A stretch of DNA of 64,000 nucleotides from Escherichia coli (GCF_029227855.1 NZ_CP074356.1); one strand, 5' to 3'; numbered from the stretch's first letter, positions 19,730 through 31,244 are shown. Numbers and translations are program-made. The notes: generated from the sequence alone by a model not told the origin.

Positions 19730-22360
19730 ATGCGTAAATATCCTTTAAGTTTACTGAAGGATAAAAATATTGTGACTTTTTTTGATTTCTGGGGAAAAAC
19801 CCGACGCGGCGAGAAAGACGGGGGCGACGACTATCACCTTCTTTGCTGGCATTCGCTGGATGTAGCCGCGATGGGCTATTTAATGGTTAAAAGCAATTGC
19901 TTCGGGCTGACTGACTATTTTCGTCAACTAGGTTTCGCTGATACGGAGCAGGCAGCACAATTTTTCGCCTGGCTATTGTGCTGGCACGATACTGGAAAAT
20001 TTGCCCGCTCTTTTCAGCAACTTTACCTGCACCCACAACTCAAGGTTCCGGAAGGCGCAAGAAAGAATTACGAAAAGATCTCTCATTCAACGCTGGGCTA
20101 CTGGCTGTGGCATCATTATTTAAGTGAATACGAAGAATTGCTTCCTTCATCTTCACTCTCTCCGCGCAAACTTAAACGGGTGATGGAGATGTGGATGCCC
20201 ATGACTACCGGGCATCATGGTCGGCCCCCTGACCGTATTGATGAACTGGATAATTTTCTGCCTGAAGACAAAGCTGCCGCACGAGATTTTCTCCTTGAAA
20301 TCAAGGTACTGTTTCCGCTCATCGAGATCCCCGCATTCTGGGATGATGACGAGGGCATTGAACTTTTAAAACAACTTTCCTGGTATATCTCTGCAACCGT
20401 CGTACTCGCAGACTGGACGGGATCGTCAACGCGGTTTTTTCCACGCGTTGCACAGGCAATGGATATTAAAGATTACTGGCAGAAGGCTTTAGTTCAGGCT
20501 CAAAACGCCTTAACCGTCTTTCCTCCAAAAGCACAAACCGCGCCTTTCACCGGAATTAATACGCTGTTTCCTTTTATTGAGCACCCGACACCGTTACAGC
20601 AAAAGGTGCTGGATCTGGATATCAGCCAGCCTGGGCCACAGTTATTTATTCTGGAGGATGTGACTGGCGCAGGTAAAACAGAAGCGGCGCTTATCCTGGC
20701 CCACAGGTTGATGGCTGCGGGGAAAGCACAGGGTTTGTTTTTTGGCCTGCCAACAATGGCAACGGCCAATGCCATGTACGATCGGCTGGTAAAAACCTGG
20801 CTTGCTTTCTATTCGCCAGAATCCCGCCCCAGCCTGGTGCTGGCACACAGTGCCCGCACATTAATGGACCGCTTTAATGAATCACTCTGGTCCGGTGATT
20901 TAGTCGGGTCAGAAGAACCGGATGAACAAGCGTTCAGTCAGGGATGTGCGGCCTGGTTTGCCGACAGTAACAAGAAGGCGTTGCTGGCTGAAATTGGCGT
21001 CGGCACGCTGGATCAGGCGATGATGGCGGTGATGCCGTTTAAACATAATAATCTGCGGCTTCTGGGACTGAGTAACAAAATCCTGCTGGCTGATGAGATC
21101 CATGCCTGTGACGCTTACATGTCGTGCATTCTTGAAGGATTGATTGAGCGGCAGGCGCGTGGAGGAAACAGCGTTATTTTGCTTTCTGCCACGTTATCTC
21201 AACAGCAGCGCGACAAACTCGTTGCTGCCTTTGCGCGTGGTGCAGAGGGCCAGCAAGAAGCTCCGTTCCTGGAAAAGGATGATTACCCCTGGCTGACGCA
21301 CGTTACGAAATCGGATGTGCATTCACACCGGGTAGCAGCGCGCAAAGACGTTGAGCGTAGCGTGAGCGTGGGTTGGCTTCATAGCGAACAAGAGTGTATT
21401 GCGCGTATCGAATCGGCGGTAAGTCAGGGGAAATGCATCGCCTGGATCCGGAATTCTGTCGATGATGCTATTAAAGTTTATCGTCAGTTACTTGCCCGCG
21501 GCGTCATTCCTGCTTCCAGCCTTTCTCTTTTTCATAGCCGCTTTGCTTTTAGCGATCGCCAGCGAATTGAAACGGAAACGCTGGCACGCTTTGGTAAAGA
21601 AGATAGCTCACAGCGTGCCGGAAAAGTCCTCATTTGTACTCAGGTCTTAGAGTCGAGCGTTGATTGCGATATGGACGAAATGATTTCCGACCTTGCCCCC
21701 ATTGATTTGCTGATCCAGCGAGCGGGGCGATTACAGCGACATATCCGCGATATTAATGGTCAGTTAAAGCGTGACGGAAAAGACGAGCGTTCCCCTCCTG
21801 AATTGCTGATTCTGGCCCCCGTCTGGGACGACGCTCCAGGTGACGAATGGTTCGGCAGTGCCATGCGTAACAGTGCATATGTCTATCCCGATCATGGACG
21901 AATCTGGCTGACGCAGCGTGTACTGCGTGAGCAAGGCGCTATTCAAATGCCACACGCAGCCCGCCTTCTTATTGAATCAGTCTACGGTGAGGACGTGGTA
22001 ATGCCGGAAGGATTTGCCCGCAGCGAGCAGGAACAAGTGGGCAAATATTACTGCGATCGCGCAATGGCTAAAAAGTTTGTGCTGAACTTTAGGCCCGGCT
22101 ATGCCGCCAATATCAACGATTACCTCCCGGAAAAACTGTCGACACGTCTGGCTGAGGAGTCTGTTTCCCTGTGGCTGGCTACCTGTATTGCCGGTGTGGT
22201 GAAGCCTTATGCCAACGGTGCTCACGCATGGGAAATGAGCGTTGTCAGAGTGCGTCGAAGCTGGTGGAAAAACATCGGGATGAGTTTTCTTTACTGGAAG
22301 GGGAAGCGTTCAGGCAGTGGTGCATTGAACAGCGGAAAGATCCGGAGATGGCAAACGTGA
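19730..22360 (+). CDS. cas3: Cas3 HD-nuclease/helicase (type I-E); 3' end apparently frameshifted, with the conserved C-terminus continuing in the +1 frame to 22428
   Basis: 876-aa ORF with HD region (LLCWHSLDVAAMGYL...), DExH helicase motifs (GAGKTEAAL, LLADEIHACD). The last ~36 codons are low-complexity and basic, while ORF 22171-22428 in another frame encodes a tail resembling the K-12 Cas3 C-terminus. An in-frame GTG at 19772 is an alternative start. Confidence 0.85.
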   Translation: MRKYPLSLLKDKNIVTFFDFWGKTRRGEKDGGDDYHLLCWHSLDVAAMGYLMVKSNCFGLTDYFRQLGFADTEQAAQFFAWLLCWHDTGKFARSFQQLYLHPQLKVPEGARKNYEKISHSTLGYWLWHHYLSEYEELLPSSSLSPRKLKRVMEMWMPMTTGHHGRPPDRIDELDNFLPEDKAAARDFLLEIKVLFPLIEIPAFWDDDEGIELLKQLSWYISATVVLADWTGSSTRFFPRVAQAMDIKDYWQKALVQAQNALTVFPPKAQTAPFTGINTLFPFIEHPTPLQQKVLDLDISQPGPQLFILEDVTGAGKTEAALILAHRLMAAGKAQGLFFGLPTMATANAMYDRLVKTWLAFYSPESRPSLVLAHSARTLMDRFNESLWSGDLVGSEEPDEQAFSQGCAAWFADSNKKALLAEIGVGTLDQAMMAVMPFKHNNLRLLGLSNKILLADEIHACDAYMSCILEGLIERQARGGNSVILLSATLSQQQRDKLVAAFARGAEGQQEAPFLEKDDYPWLTHVTKSDVHSHRVAARKDVERSVSVGWLHSEQECIARIESAVSQGKCIAWIRNSVDDAIKVYRQLLARGVIPASSLSLFHSRFAFSDRQRIETETLARFGKEDSSQRAGKVLICTQVLESSVDCDMDEMISDLAPIDLLIQRAGRLQRHIRDINGQLKRDGKDERSPPELLILAPVWDDAPGDEWFGSAMRNSAYVYPDHGRIWLTQRVLREQGAIQMPHAARLLIESVYGEDVVMPEGFARSEQEQVGKYYCDRAMAKKFVLNFRPGYAANINDYLPEKLSTRLAEESVSLWLATCIAGVVKPYANGAHAWEMSVVRVRRSWWKNIGMSFLYWKGKRSGSGALNSGKIRRWQT

Positions 22361-22525
22361 TTTTAGTTACCGATGACGAAAGTTGCGGGTATTCGGCTAT
22401 GGAAGGATTGACTGGCAAGGTTGGTTGAGATGCCTGCGACAGGGCTCTCTGAATAGTTGATACACCGAAAAGGATGGAATGATGGACAACCGACCTGGGA
22501 TGGTCTTTTTTACGAGAGGATGCGT

Positions 22526-24088
22526 ATGAACTCGTTTTCACTTCTGACAACCCCGTGGTTGCCCGTTCGTTATAAAGACGGAACGACAGGCAAACTGGCG
22601 CCTGTCGATCTGGCGGATGAAAATGTTGTCGATATTGCTGCGCCACGGGCAGATCTCCAGGGAGCGGCATGGCAGTTTTTGCTGGGGCTACTACAAACCA
22701 GCTTTGCGCCAAAAGATCATCGTCGTTGGGATGATATCTGGGAAGACGGACTGGAATCTGAAAAGCTACGGGAAGCATTGCTGTCCTTAGAACACGCTTT
22801 CCAGTTTGGGCCAGATTCCCCTTCATTTATGCAGGATTTCGAGGCGCTCACAGGAGATAAAGTTCAGGTCGCTTCGCTACTGCCTGAGATTCCCGGCGCT
22901 CAAACAACGAAGTTTAATAAAGACCACTTTATCAAGCGTGGTGTAACGGAATACCTGTGCCCACATTGTTCTGCGTTAGCTCTGTTCTCCCTACAGTTAA
23001 ATGCGCCGTCAGGTGGTAAAGGCTACCGCACCGGTTTACGCGGCGGTGGGCCGATGACCACTCTGATTGAATTACAGGAATATCAGGGCAATCAACAAAC
23101 GCCCTTGTGGCGCAAACTGTGGCTCAATGTGATGCCGCAGGACGAAGCCGACTTACCGCTACCCAAAAAATTTGACGATCTGGTTTTCCCCTGGCTTGGC
23201 CCGACGCGTACCAGCGAACTGGCCGGTGCGGTGGTAACCGATGATCAGGTTAATAAACTCCAGGCGTACTGGGGAATGCCGCGGCGTATTCGTATTGATT
23301 TTAATACCACGACAGTCGGCAACTGCGATATTTGCGGCGAGCAGAACGACGCGCTCCTGAGCCTGATGACGACCAAAAATTACGGCGCGAATTATGCCAT
23401 GTGGCAGCATCCCTTAACGCCTTACCGTGTACCCCTTAAAGAGGGCGGCGAGTTTTACTCGGTCAAACCACAACCAGGCGGTTTAATCTGGCGCGACTGG
23501 TTAGGCCTTATCGAAACGGGTAAATCAGAAAACAATACGGAACTTCCCGCGCTGGTGGTGAAACTCTTTAATGCCAGCAGTCTCAAGCAGGCAAAAGTGG
23601 GCCTATGGGGATTTGGTTATGATTTTGACAACATGAAAGCGCGCTGTTGGTACGAACACCATTTCCCGCTACTGCTCAATAAAAAAGAAGGCCAGATACC
23701 GAAGCTGCGGCTGGCTGCGCAAACGGCTTCACGGATTCTGAGTCTGTTACGGAGTGCATTGAAAGAAGCATGGTTCTCCGATCCAAAAGGTGCAAGGGGT
23801 GATTTCAGTTTTGTGGATATCGACTTCTGGAACAAAACTCAGCATCGCTTCCTGAGGTTAGTGCGCCAAATTGAAGAAGGTCAGGATGCGGATGAATTAC
23901 TCGGCAAATGGCAAAAGGAAATTTGGTTATTCGCGCGTCAGGATTTTGACGAGCGTGTATTCACTAATCCTTATGAGCCCGTTGATTTGAAACGCGTCAT
24001 GACCGCGCGCAAGAAATATTTTACAACATCGGCGGAGAAGCAAAGTGCTAAAGCCGCCAGGGAGAAAAAGCAGGAGGCTGCTGAATGA
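22526..24088 (+). CDS. casA: Cascade large subunit Cse1 (CasA)
   Basis: Track ORF 22457-24088; start placed at the ATG 6 nt after a GAGAGG RBS (MNSFSLLTTPWLPVRYKDG..., 520 aa), matching the N-terminal pattern of K-12 CasA. Confidence 0.85.
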   Translation: MNSFSLLTTPWLPVRYKDGTTGKLAPVDLADENVVDIAAPRADLQGAAWQFLLGLLQTSFAPKDHRRWDDIWEDGLESEKLREALLSLEHAFQFGPDSPSFMQDFEALTGDKVQVASLLPEIPGAQTTKFNKDHFIKRGVTEYLCPHCSALALFSLQLNAPSGGKGYRTGLRGGGPMTTLIELQEYQGNQQTPLWRKLWLNVMPQDEADLPLPKKFDDLVFPWLGPTRTSELAGAVVTDDQVNKLQAYWGMPRRIRIDFNTTTVGNCDICGEQNDALLSLMTTKNYGANYAMWQHPLTPYRVPLKEGGEFYSVKPQPGGLIWRDWLGLIETGKSENNTELPALVVKLFNASSLKQAKVGLWGFGYDFDNMKARCWYEHHFPLLLNKKEGQIPKLRLAAQTASRILSLLRSALKEAWFSDPKGARGDFSFVDIDFWNKTQHRFLRLVRQIEEGQDADELLGKWQKEIWLFARQDFDERVFTNPYEPVDLKRVMTARKKYFTTSAEKQSAKAAREKKQEAAE

Positions 24089-24621
24089 GTATTGTAAAAG
24101 AGGAGCACAAAGCCACGCTGCGTAAATGGCACGAAGAGTTGCAGGAAAAACGCGGCAATCGTGCCAGTCTGCGGCGTAGCACAACGGTTAATGATGTTTG
24201 TCTGTCAGAAGGGTTTCGTTCTCTGCTGATGCAGACCCACACGTTGTGGAAAATTGAATCACAGGAGTGGCGTTTTACCGCACTGGCGCTGGTTGCCGCC
24301 GTTGCCGCCAATGTAAAAGCCATTGATGAACGGCAGCCTTTTGCCGCGCAGTTGGCGGCGGTAATGTCTGAGGGGCGTTTTACTCGCCTGTCGGCAGTCA
24401 AAACGCCGGATGAATTACTGCGCCAGTTACGTCGCGCGGTCAAATTATTAAATGGTTCCGTCAATCTTATCTCTTTGGCAGACGATATTTTCCGCTGGTG
24501 CCAGGAGAGCGACGATCTGCTCAATCATCACCGCCGCCAGCAGCGGCCAACAGAATTTATCCGTATCCGCTGGGCGCTGGAATATTACCAGGCTGGCGAC
24601 GCCGATAACGAACAAAATTAA
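24085..24621 (+). CDS. casB: Cascade small subunit Cse2 (CasB)
   Basis: 178-aa ORF MSIVKEEHKATLRKWHEELQEKRGNRASLRR...; overlaps the casA stop; position in the cascade operon. Confidence 0.85.
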   Translation: MSIVKEEHKATLRKWHEELQEKRGNRASLRRSTTVNDVCLSEGFRSLLMQTHTLWKIESQEWRFTALALVAAVAANVKAIDERQPFAAQLAAVMSEGRFTRLSAVKTPDELLRQLRRAVKLLNGSVNLISLADDIFRWCQESDDLLNHHRRQQRPTEFIRIRWALEYYQAGDADNEQN

Positions 24622-24635
24622 TAAAGGACTATCTC

Positions 24636-25691
24636 ATGACGACATTTATTCAGCTTCATTTGTTAACCGCTTACCCTGCTGCCAACCTTAACCGTGATGA
24701 CACCGGTGCGCCAAAAACTGTGGTACTGGGTGGAGCAACGCGTCTGCGCGTTTCCTCACAAAGTCTGAAACGTGCGTGGCGCACTTCTGCACTTTTTGAA
24801 CAGGCACTGGCGGGCCATATTGGTATTCGCAGTGGGCGTATTGCGCGTGAGGCGGCAACTATCCTGATTGAGAAAGGCATCGAAGAGAAAAAAGCCATCG
24901 AATGGGCGGCAAAAATTGCGGATTATCTTGGGAAAGCTAAAAACGACAAAAAACCAAAAGATCCGCTCACTAACGCCGAAACTGAACAGCTAGTCCATAT
25001 CAGCCCGGCAGAATTTGACGCCGTAAAAGCGCTGGCCCATCAACTGGCCGAAGAAAAGCGCGCGCCAAAAGAGGAAGATCTCGCTTTGTTACGTAAAGAT
25101 CGCATGGCGGTAGATATCGCTATGTTTGGTCGTATGCTGGCGAATAAACCCGAATTTAATGTTGAAGCCGCCTGCCAGGTCGCGCATGCATTTGGTGTCA
25201 GTGAAACGATTGTCGAAGATGATTTTTTCACCGCCGTTGATGATTTGCGCCAGGCTTCTGAAGATGCCGGTGCCGGGCATCTTGGTGAAACCGGATTCGG
25301 TTCTGCGCTGTTCTACACCTATATCTGCATCGATAAAGATCTGCTGGTCGAAAACCTCGGCGGTGACGAAGCGTTAGCTAATCAGACCTTGCGCGCCTTT
25401 ACGGAAGCCGCACTTAAAGTCTCCCCAACCGGCAAACAGAACAGCTTTGCCAGCCGTGCCTACGCCTCCTGGGCGCTGGCAGAAAAAGGCACTGAACAAC
25501 CACGCTCTCTGGCGGCGGCTTTCTATGAACCCATTAATGGCACCCGGCAGTTAGATGTGGCGGTGCAGCGTATTACAACGCTTCGCGAAAATATGAATAC
25601 GGTCTATGAACAGAAGACCGAATGCGCAAGCTTTGACGTGATGAACAAACAGGGAAGCATGAAGGACGTGCTGGACTTTATCTGCGCGTAA
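24636..25691 (+). CDS. casC: Cascade backbone subunit Cas7e (CasC)
   Basis: 351-aa ORF MTTFIQLHLLTAYPAANLNRDDTGAPKTVVLGGATRLRVSSQSLKRAWR... Confidence 0.9.
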   Translation: MTTFIQLHLLTAYPAANLNRDDTGAPKTVVLGGATRLRVSSQSLKRAWRTSALFEQALAGHIGIRSGRIAREAATILIEKGIEEKKAIEWAAKIADYLGKAKNDKKPKDPLTNAETEQLVHISPAEFDAVKALAHQLAEEKRAPKEEDLALLRKDRMAVDIAMFGRMLANKPEFNVEAACQVAHAFGVSETIVEDDFFTAVDDLRQASEDAGAGHLGETGFGSALFYTYICIDKDLLVENLGGDEALANQTLRAFTEAALKVSPTGKQNSFASRAYASWALAEKGTEQPRSLAAAFYEPINGTRQLDVAVQRITTLRENMNTVYEQKTECASFDVMNKQGSMKDVLDFICA

Positions 25692-25701
25692 GGGGCGGCT
25701 A

Positions 25702-26448
25702 ATGAGCCAATATTTGATTTTTCAGCTTCATGGGCCAATGGCATCCTGGGGCGTCGATGCCCCCGGCGAAGTGCGTCATACCCATGAACTGCCTTCGCGC
25801 TCAGCATTGCTGGGGCTGCTGGCTGCCGGGGTAGGGATTCGGCGTGATGATACCGAACGATTAAACGTGTTTAACCGCCACTATTCACTGGTGGTTTGCG
25901 CCAGCCGTAACCCGCGCTGGGCACGGGATTATCACACAATCCAGATGCCAAAAGAGGTGCGTAAAGCGCGTTATTTCAGCCGTCGCGAAGAGTTGAGCGA
26001 CCCTGATCTTCTGAGCGCGATTATCTCCCGGCGCGACTACTACACCGACGCCTGGTGGATGGTGGCGGTGGCAACAACAGCCGATGCGCCTTACAGCCTC
26101 GAACAGTTGCAGGGCGGTTTACGCCATCCAGTTTTTCCTCTTTATCTGGGGCGAAAAAGTCATCCGCTGGCGTTACCACTTGCGCCGTTACTGCTCGAAG
26201 GCAACGCGTCTGATGTCTTACGTAACGCATACCAACAGTATCAGGATAGTTTCCGCGAACTGAAAGTCTCACTCCCGAAACTTCAGGATGAATGCTGGTG
26301 GGAAGGGGAACACGACGGCCTGGTCGCGAGCAAAATATTACGTCGCCGGGATGTTCCTTTAAATCGTCAGCAGTGGCTGTTTGGGGAACGCACCATCAAT
26401 CAGGGGCCGTGGCTCAGCAAGGAGGAACCATGTACCTCTCAAGAATAA
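25702..26448 (+). CDS. casD: Cascade subunit Cas5e (CasD)
   Basis: 248-aa ORF MSQYLIFQLHGPMASWGVDAPGEVRHT...; same N-terminal pattern as K-12 CasD (MRSYLILRLAGPMQAWG). Confidence 0.9.
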   Translation: MSQYLIFQLHGPMASWGVDAPGEVRHTHELPSRSALLGLLAAGVGIRRDDTERLNVFNRHYSLVVCASRNPRWARDYHTIQMPKEVRKARYFSRREELSDPDLLSAIISRRDYYTDAWWMVAVATTADAPYSLEQLQGGLRHPVFPLYLGRKSHPLALPLAPLLLEGNASDVLRNAYQQYQDSFRELKVSLPKLQDECWWEGEHDGLVASKILRRRDVPLNRQQWLFGERTINQGPWLSKEEPCTSQE

Positions 26449-27076
26449 CCTTACATACCGGCCAGCTTTCGCCTGCGCAGTTGCTGCATCTGGTGGATCG
26501 CGGTGAATATGTAATGCATCAGTGGCTGTGGGATCTTTTTCCTGGCGGCAAAGAAAGGCAATTTCTTTATCGTCGGGAAGAACTCCTGGGGGCGTTTCGC
26601 TTTTTTGTCCTGTCGCAGGAACGCCCGGCGGAAAATGATATTTTCACCATCGAATGCCGACCATTTGCGCCAGAGTTGCGTACCGGACAATCCCTTTGTT
26701 TCAACCTGCGGGCGAATCCAACAATTTGTAAAGCGGGCAAACGCCACGACTTGCTGATGGAGGCGAAACGGCAGGTGAGGGGGCAGGTGGAAGGAAGTGA
26801 TGTCTGGTTGCATCAACAACAGGCGGCGCTGGACTGGCTGGCAGCGCAGGGGGAAAGAAGCGGTTTTACACTACTGGATACCTCGGTCGATGCCTACCGA
26901 CAACAGCAACTGCGGCGGGAAAACTCCCGGCAACTGATCCAGTTCAGTAGCGTGGATTATACGGGGATGCTTACGGTCACCGATCCTGGGTTATTTCTGC
27001 AACGTCTGAGCCAGGGGTATGGCAAAAGCCGCGCGTTCGGCTGTGGTCTGATGCTGATCAAACCCGGAGCAGAGGC

Positions 27077-27080
<4 letters not shown>
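26430..27080 (+). CDS. casE: crRNA endoribonuclease Cas6e (CasE)
   Basis: Track ORF 26292-27080; start at ATG after AGGAGG RBS (MYLSRITLHTGQLSPAQLLHLVDRGEYVMHQWLWDLFPG..., 216 aa); C-terminal GCGLM-type motif. Confidence 0.85.
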
Positions 27081-28290
<1,210 letters not shown>

Positions 28291-28386
28291 GTTATCTGTT
28301 CTTTAAAAATAAGGAAATGTTTTAATTTAGTTGGTAGATTGTTGATGCGGAATAAATTTGTTTAAAAACAGTTATGTATGCTTAGT
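28291..28386 (+). promoter_or_regulatory. CRISPR leader of array 2 (AT-rich, GTTGGTAGATTGT box)
   Basis: 96-bp AT-rich spacer between the cas2 stop and the first repeat; box TTTAGTTGGTAGATTGTTGATG shared with the array 1 leader. Confidence 0.5.
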
Positions 28387-29025
28387 GTGTTCCCCGCGCC
28401 AGCGGGGATAAATCGAGATCACCGTGTTAAATAACCGATTGAACGCCGTGTTCCCCGCGCCAGCGGGGATAAATCGGCCAGGCCAATACAGTTGGCGAAG
28501 AAGCGAAGGTGTTCCCCGCGCCAGCGGGGATAAATCGACACCGGGCTGGATAAAAAAACTATCGGGAAAGTGTTCCCCGCGCCAGCGGGGATAAATCGCC
28601 GTTTGATAGCTGTTCACGCTGGCTGATGCCGTGTTCCCCGCGCCAGCGGGGATAAACCGCGCAGTTCGCTACCGAGCGTGGTTTGCTGGTCGTGTTCCCC
28701 GCGCCAGCGGGGATAAACCGGCGCACAGCGACGCGAAATCAACGAAAATTTAGTGTTCCCCGCGCCAGCGGGGATAAACCGATTGCCAGATACTGTGTAT
28801 ATCCACCGACTAAGTGTTCCCCGCGCCAGCGGGGATAAACCGCAGGGAAACCGTTCGTACTTATCGACCTCAACGTGTTCCCCGCGCCAGCGGGGATAAA
28901 CCGAAGGGGACGGCTACGGGACGCCGCCTATTGATGTGTTCCCCGCGTCAGCGGGGATAAACCGGACGCACTGGATGCGATGATGGACATCACTTGGAGT
29001 TCCCCGCCCCTGCGGTAGAACTCCC
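28387..29025 (+). CRISPR. Type I-E CRISPR array (cas-associated), 10 spacers
   Basis: Ten 29-bp repeats at a 61-bp period (28387 ... 28936) plus a degenerate terminal repeat at 28997-29025; ten unique 32-bp spacers. Repeats 1-4 end AAATCG, repeats 5-10 end AAACCG. Confidence 0.95.
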
Positions 29026-29045
29026 AGCTCTCATTTTCAAACCCA

Positions 29046-30083
29046 TCAAGACGCCTTCGCCAGCTCCTTCACCAGCGGTAGCATTATCCGCATAACATCA
29101 CGGCAGCGACGTTCTATTCTTCCAGGAAGTGCCTTATCAATATGTTGTTGATTATCCAGTCTTACGTCATGCCAGCTATTTCCCGCAGGGAATGCAGCTG
29201 TTTTTGCGCGTTGCTGATAACCATCCTTATTCCCAAGATTCCAATTTGTTGCTTCTACCGAAAGTACGGCAATACCGGCTTTGTCGAAAACTTCGGCATC
29301 ATTACAACAGCCAGTACCCTTCGGATAATTTTTATTCAAACCCGGATTGGTCGTTGCGGCAATTCCATGACTACGCGCAATTGCCAGCGCCCTGTCGCGC
29401 GTTAATTTCCTTACTGCTTCAGGGGTTTTTACACCGCTGTTGAAATACAATTTATCGCCAACAATTAAGTTATCGAGATTAATCACCAGCAGCGTATTTT
29501 TCTTTTCGGTGTCACTCATCCGCTTGAGTAAATTCTCAGCGCCTAATTTCCCTTCCTCTTCGCCGCTGGTCGCCACAAATCGAATACCATACTCGGTAGG
29601 CGTATTTTTCAGGCGTTCTGCCAGTTCCAGCATGACACCTAAACCTGCAGCGTTATCATCCATTCCTTGTAACGTCAGTCCGCCGAGATTGGCATCGGCG
29701 TCAGCATCGCTCAGCGGGGCGTAAGTATCCAGATGCGCCATAATGATGATCTGCTGCGGCGCTTTGCCTTCATGAGCGGCAATCACCGTACTTCCCGTCA
29801 CGTTATGCCAGCTCTTGCGATTATCGCGGGCGGTATAAATATACCGACTATTAAATGTCCGAATATCACTGCGATAACCCATTTGCTGAAACTGTTGGCG
29901 AATATAATCGGCAGATAACATTTCTGCAGGAGTTCCGGTCATGCGTCCCGGAAAGAAAGTAGCAATATGTCGTGCCTGAGTATTAGCAAAATCGCCAGGT
30001 TTAGCTGACGAGGCGTGTACGGGGAGAATAAAGCATACGCCGAGCGCCAGGGCAGCGGTACGGTGGCGCAATGCGGAAAACAT
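29046..30083 (-). CDS. iap: Alkaline phosphatase isozyme conversion aminopeptidase
   Basis: 345-aa ORF MFSALRHRTAALALGVCFILPVHASSAKPGDF... with signal peptide; flanks the CRISPR array as in K-12. Confidence 0.9.
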   Translation of the reverse strand: MFSALRHRTAALALGVCFILPVHASSAKPGDFANTQARHIATFFPGRMTGTPAEMLSADYIRQQFQQMGYRSDIRTFNSRYIYTARDNRKSWHNVTGSTVIAAHEGKAPQQIIIMAHLDTYAPLSDADADANLGGLTLQGMDDNAAGLGVMLELAERLKNTPTEYGIRFVATSGEEEGKLGAENLLKRMSDTEKKNTLLVINLDNLIVGDKLYFNSGVKTPEAVRKLTRDRALAIARSHGIAATTNPGLNKNYPKGTGCCNDAEVFDKAGIAVLSVEATNWNLGNKDGYQQRAKTAAFPAGNSWHDVRLDNQQHIDKALPGRIERRCRDVMRIMLPLVKELAKAS

Positions 30084-30334
30084 AGTGAGTCCTTAAATAC
30101 CATGCAAATTTTTTTACCGCCATAGTATGAAACTGCCGATGCGCTAAAACAATTTCAAATCTTCCTAAACGCCCGAAATCCGGTGCCTTAAGCACTTTTT
30201 GATATTAGCTTTGCCAAATCGTTATTCCGTTAAGGAACTACTCATTCTAATTGGTAATTTCATTCGTTCTCTTACGCTCCCTATAGTCGAAACATCTGAT
30301 GGCAAGAAAATAGCGGTATTGCAAAGGAACGGTT

Positions 30335-31243
30335 ATGGATCAAAAACGACTTACTCACCTGCGGCAACTGGAGGCGGAAAGCATCCACATTATTCGCGAG
30401 GTGGCGGCAGAATTCTCAAATCCGGTGATGCTCTACTCTATCGGTAAAGATTCCAGCGTCATGCTGCATCTGGCGCGCAAGGCGTTTTATCCAGGTACGC
30501 TGCCTTTCCCGTTGCTGCATGTCGATACCGGCTGGAAATTCCGCGAGATGTATGAGTTCCGCGATCGTACGGCTAAAGCCTACGGCTGCGAGCTGCTGGT
30601 GCATAAAAACCCGGAAGGCGTGGCGATGGGGATTAATCCATTCGTTCATGGCAGCGCGAAACATACCGATATTATGAAAACTGAAGGCCTGAAACAGGCG
30701 CTGAATAAATACGGTTTTGATGCCGCCTTCGGTGGTGCGCGCCGCGACGAAGAGAAATCCCGCGCTAAAGAGCGAATCTACTCTTTCCGTGACCGCTTCC
30801 ATCGCTGGGATCCGAAAAATCAGCGCCCGGAGCTGTGGCACAACTACAACGGGCAAATTAACAAAGGCGAAAGCATCCGCGTCTTCCCGCTCTCTAACTG
30901 GACCGAGCAGGATATCTGGCAATATATCTGGCTGGAAAATATCGACATTGTGCCGCTGTATCTCGCTGCGGAACGACCGGTTCTGGAACGCGACGGTATG
31001 TTGATGATGATTGATGACAACCGTATCGACCTGCAACCGGGCGAAGTGATTAAAAAACGGATGGTGCGTTTCCGTACGCTGGGCTGCTGGCCGCTGACCG
31101 GCGCGGTGGAGTCAAATGCGCAAACACTGCCGGAAATCATCGAAGAGATGCTGGTTTCCACCACCAGTGAACGTCAGGGCCGCGTGATTGACCGCGACCA
31201 GGCGGGGTCTATGGAGCTGAAAAAACGTCAGGGGTATTTTTAA
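30335..31243 (+). CDS. cysD: Sulfate adenylyltransferase subunit 2
   Basis: 302-aa [50 protein letters not shown]... Confidence 0.95.
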   Translation: MDQKRLTHLRQLEAESIHIIREVAAEFSNPVMLYSIGKDSSVMLHLARKAFYPGTLPFPLLHVDTGWKFREMYEFRDRTAKAYGCELLVHKNPEGVAMGINPFVHGSAKHTDIMKTEGLKQALNKYGFDAAFGGARRDEEKSRAKERIYSFRDRFHRWDPKNQRPELWHNYNGQINKGESIRVFPLSNWTEQDIWQYIWLENIDIVPLYLAAERPVLERDGMLMMIDDNRIDLQPGEVIKKRMVRFRTLGCWPLTGAVESNAQTLPEIIEEMLVSTTSERQGRVIDRDQAGSMELKKRQGYF

Positions 31244-31244
31244 G

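Noticed and set aside
19730-19771. Alternative GTG start for cas3 at 19772
   Set aside because: Not rejected outright: the GTG would align better with the K-12 Cas3 N-terminus, but neither start has a clear RBS, so the ATG at 19730 was kept as the annotated start.
22171-22428. Treating ORF 22171-22428 as an independent small gene
   Set aside because: Its translation aligns with the Cas3 C-terminal region and has no RBS of its own; better explained as the displaced 3' end of cas3.
28372-28617. Track ORF 28372-28617 (-), 81 aa
   Set aside because: Same artefact: open frame created by the repeat units of array 2.
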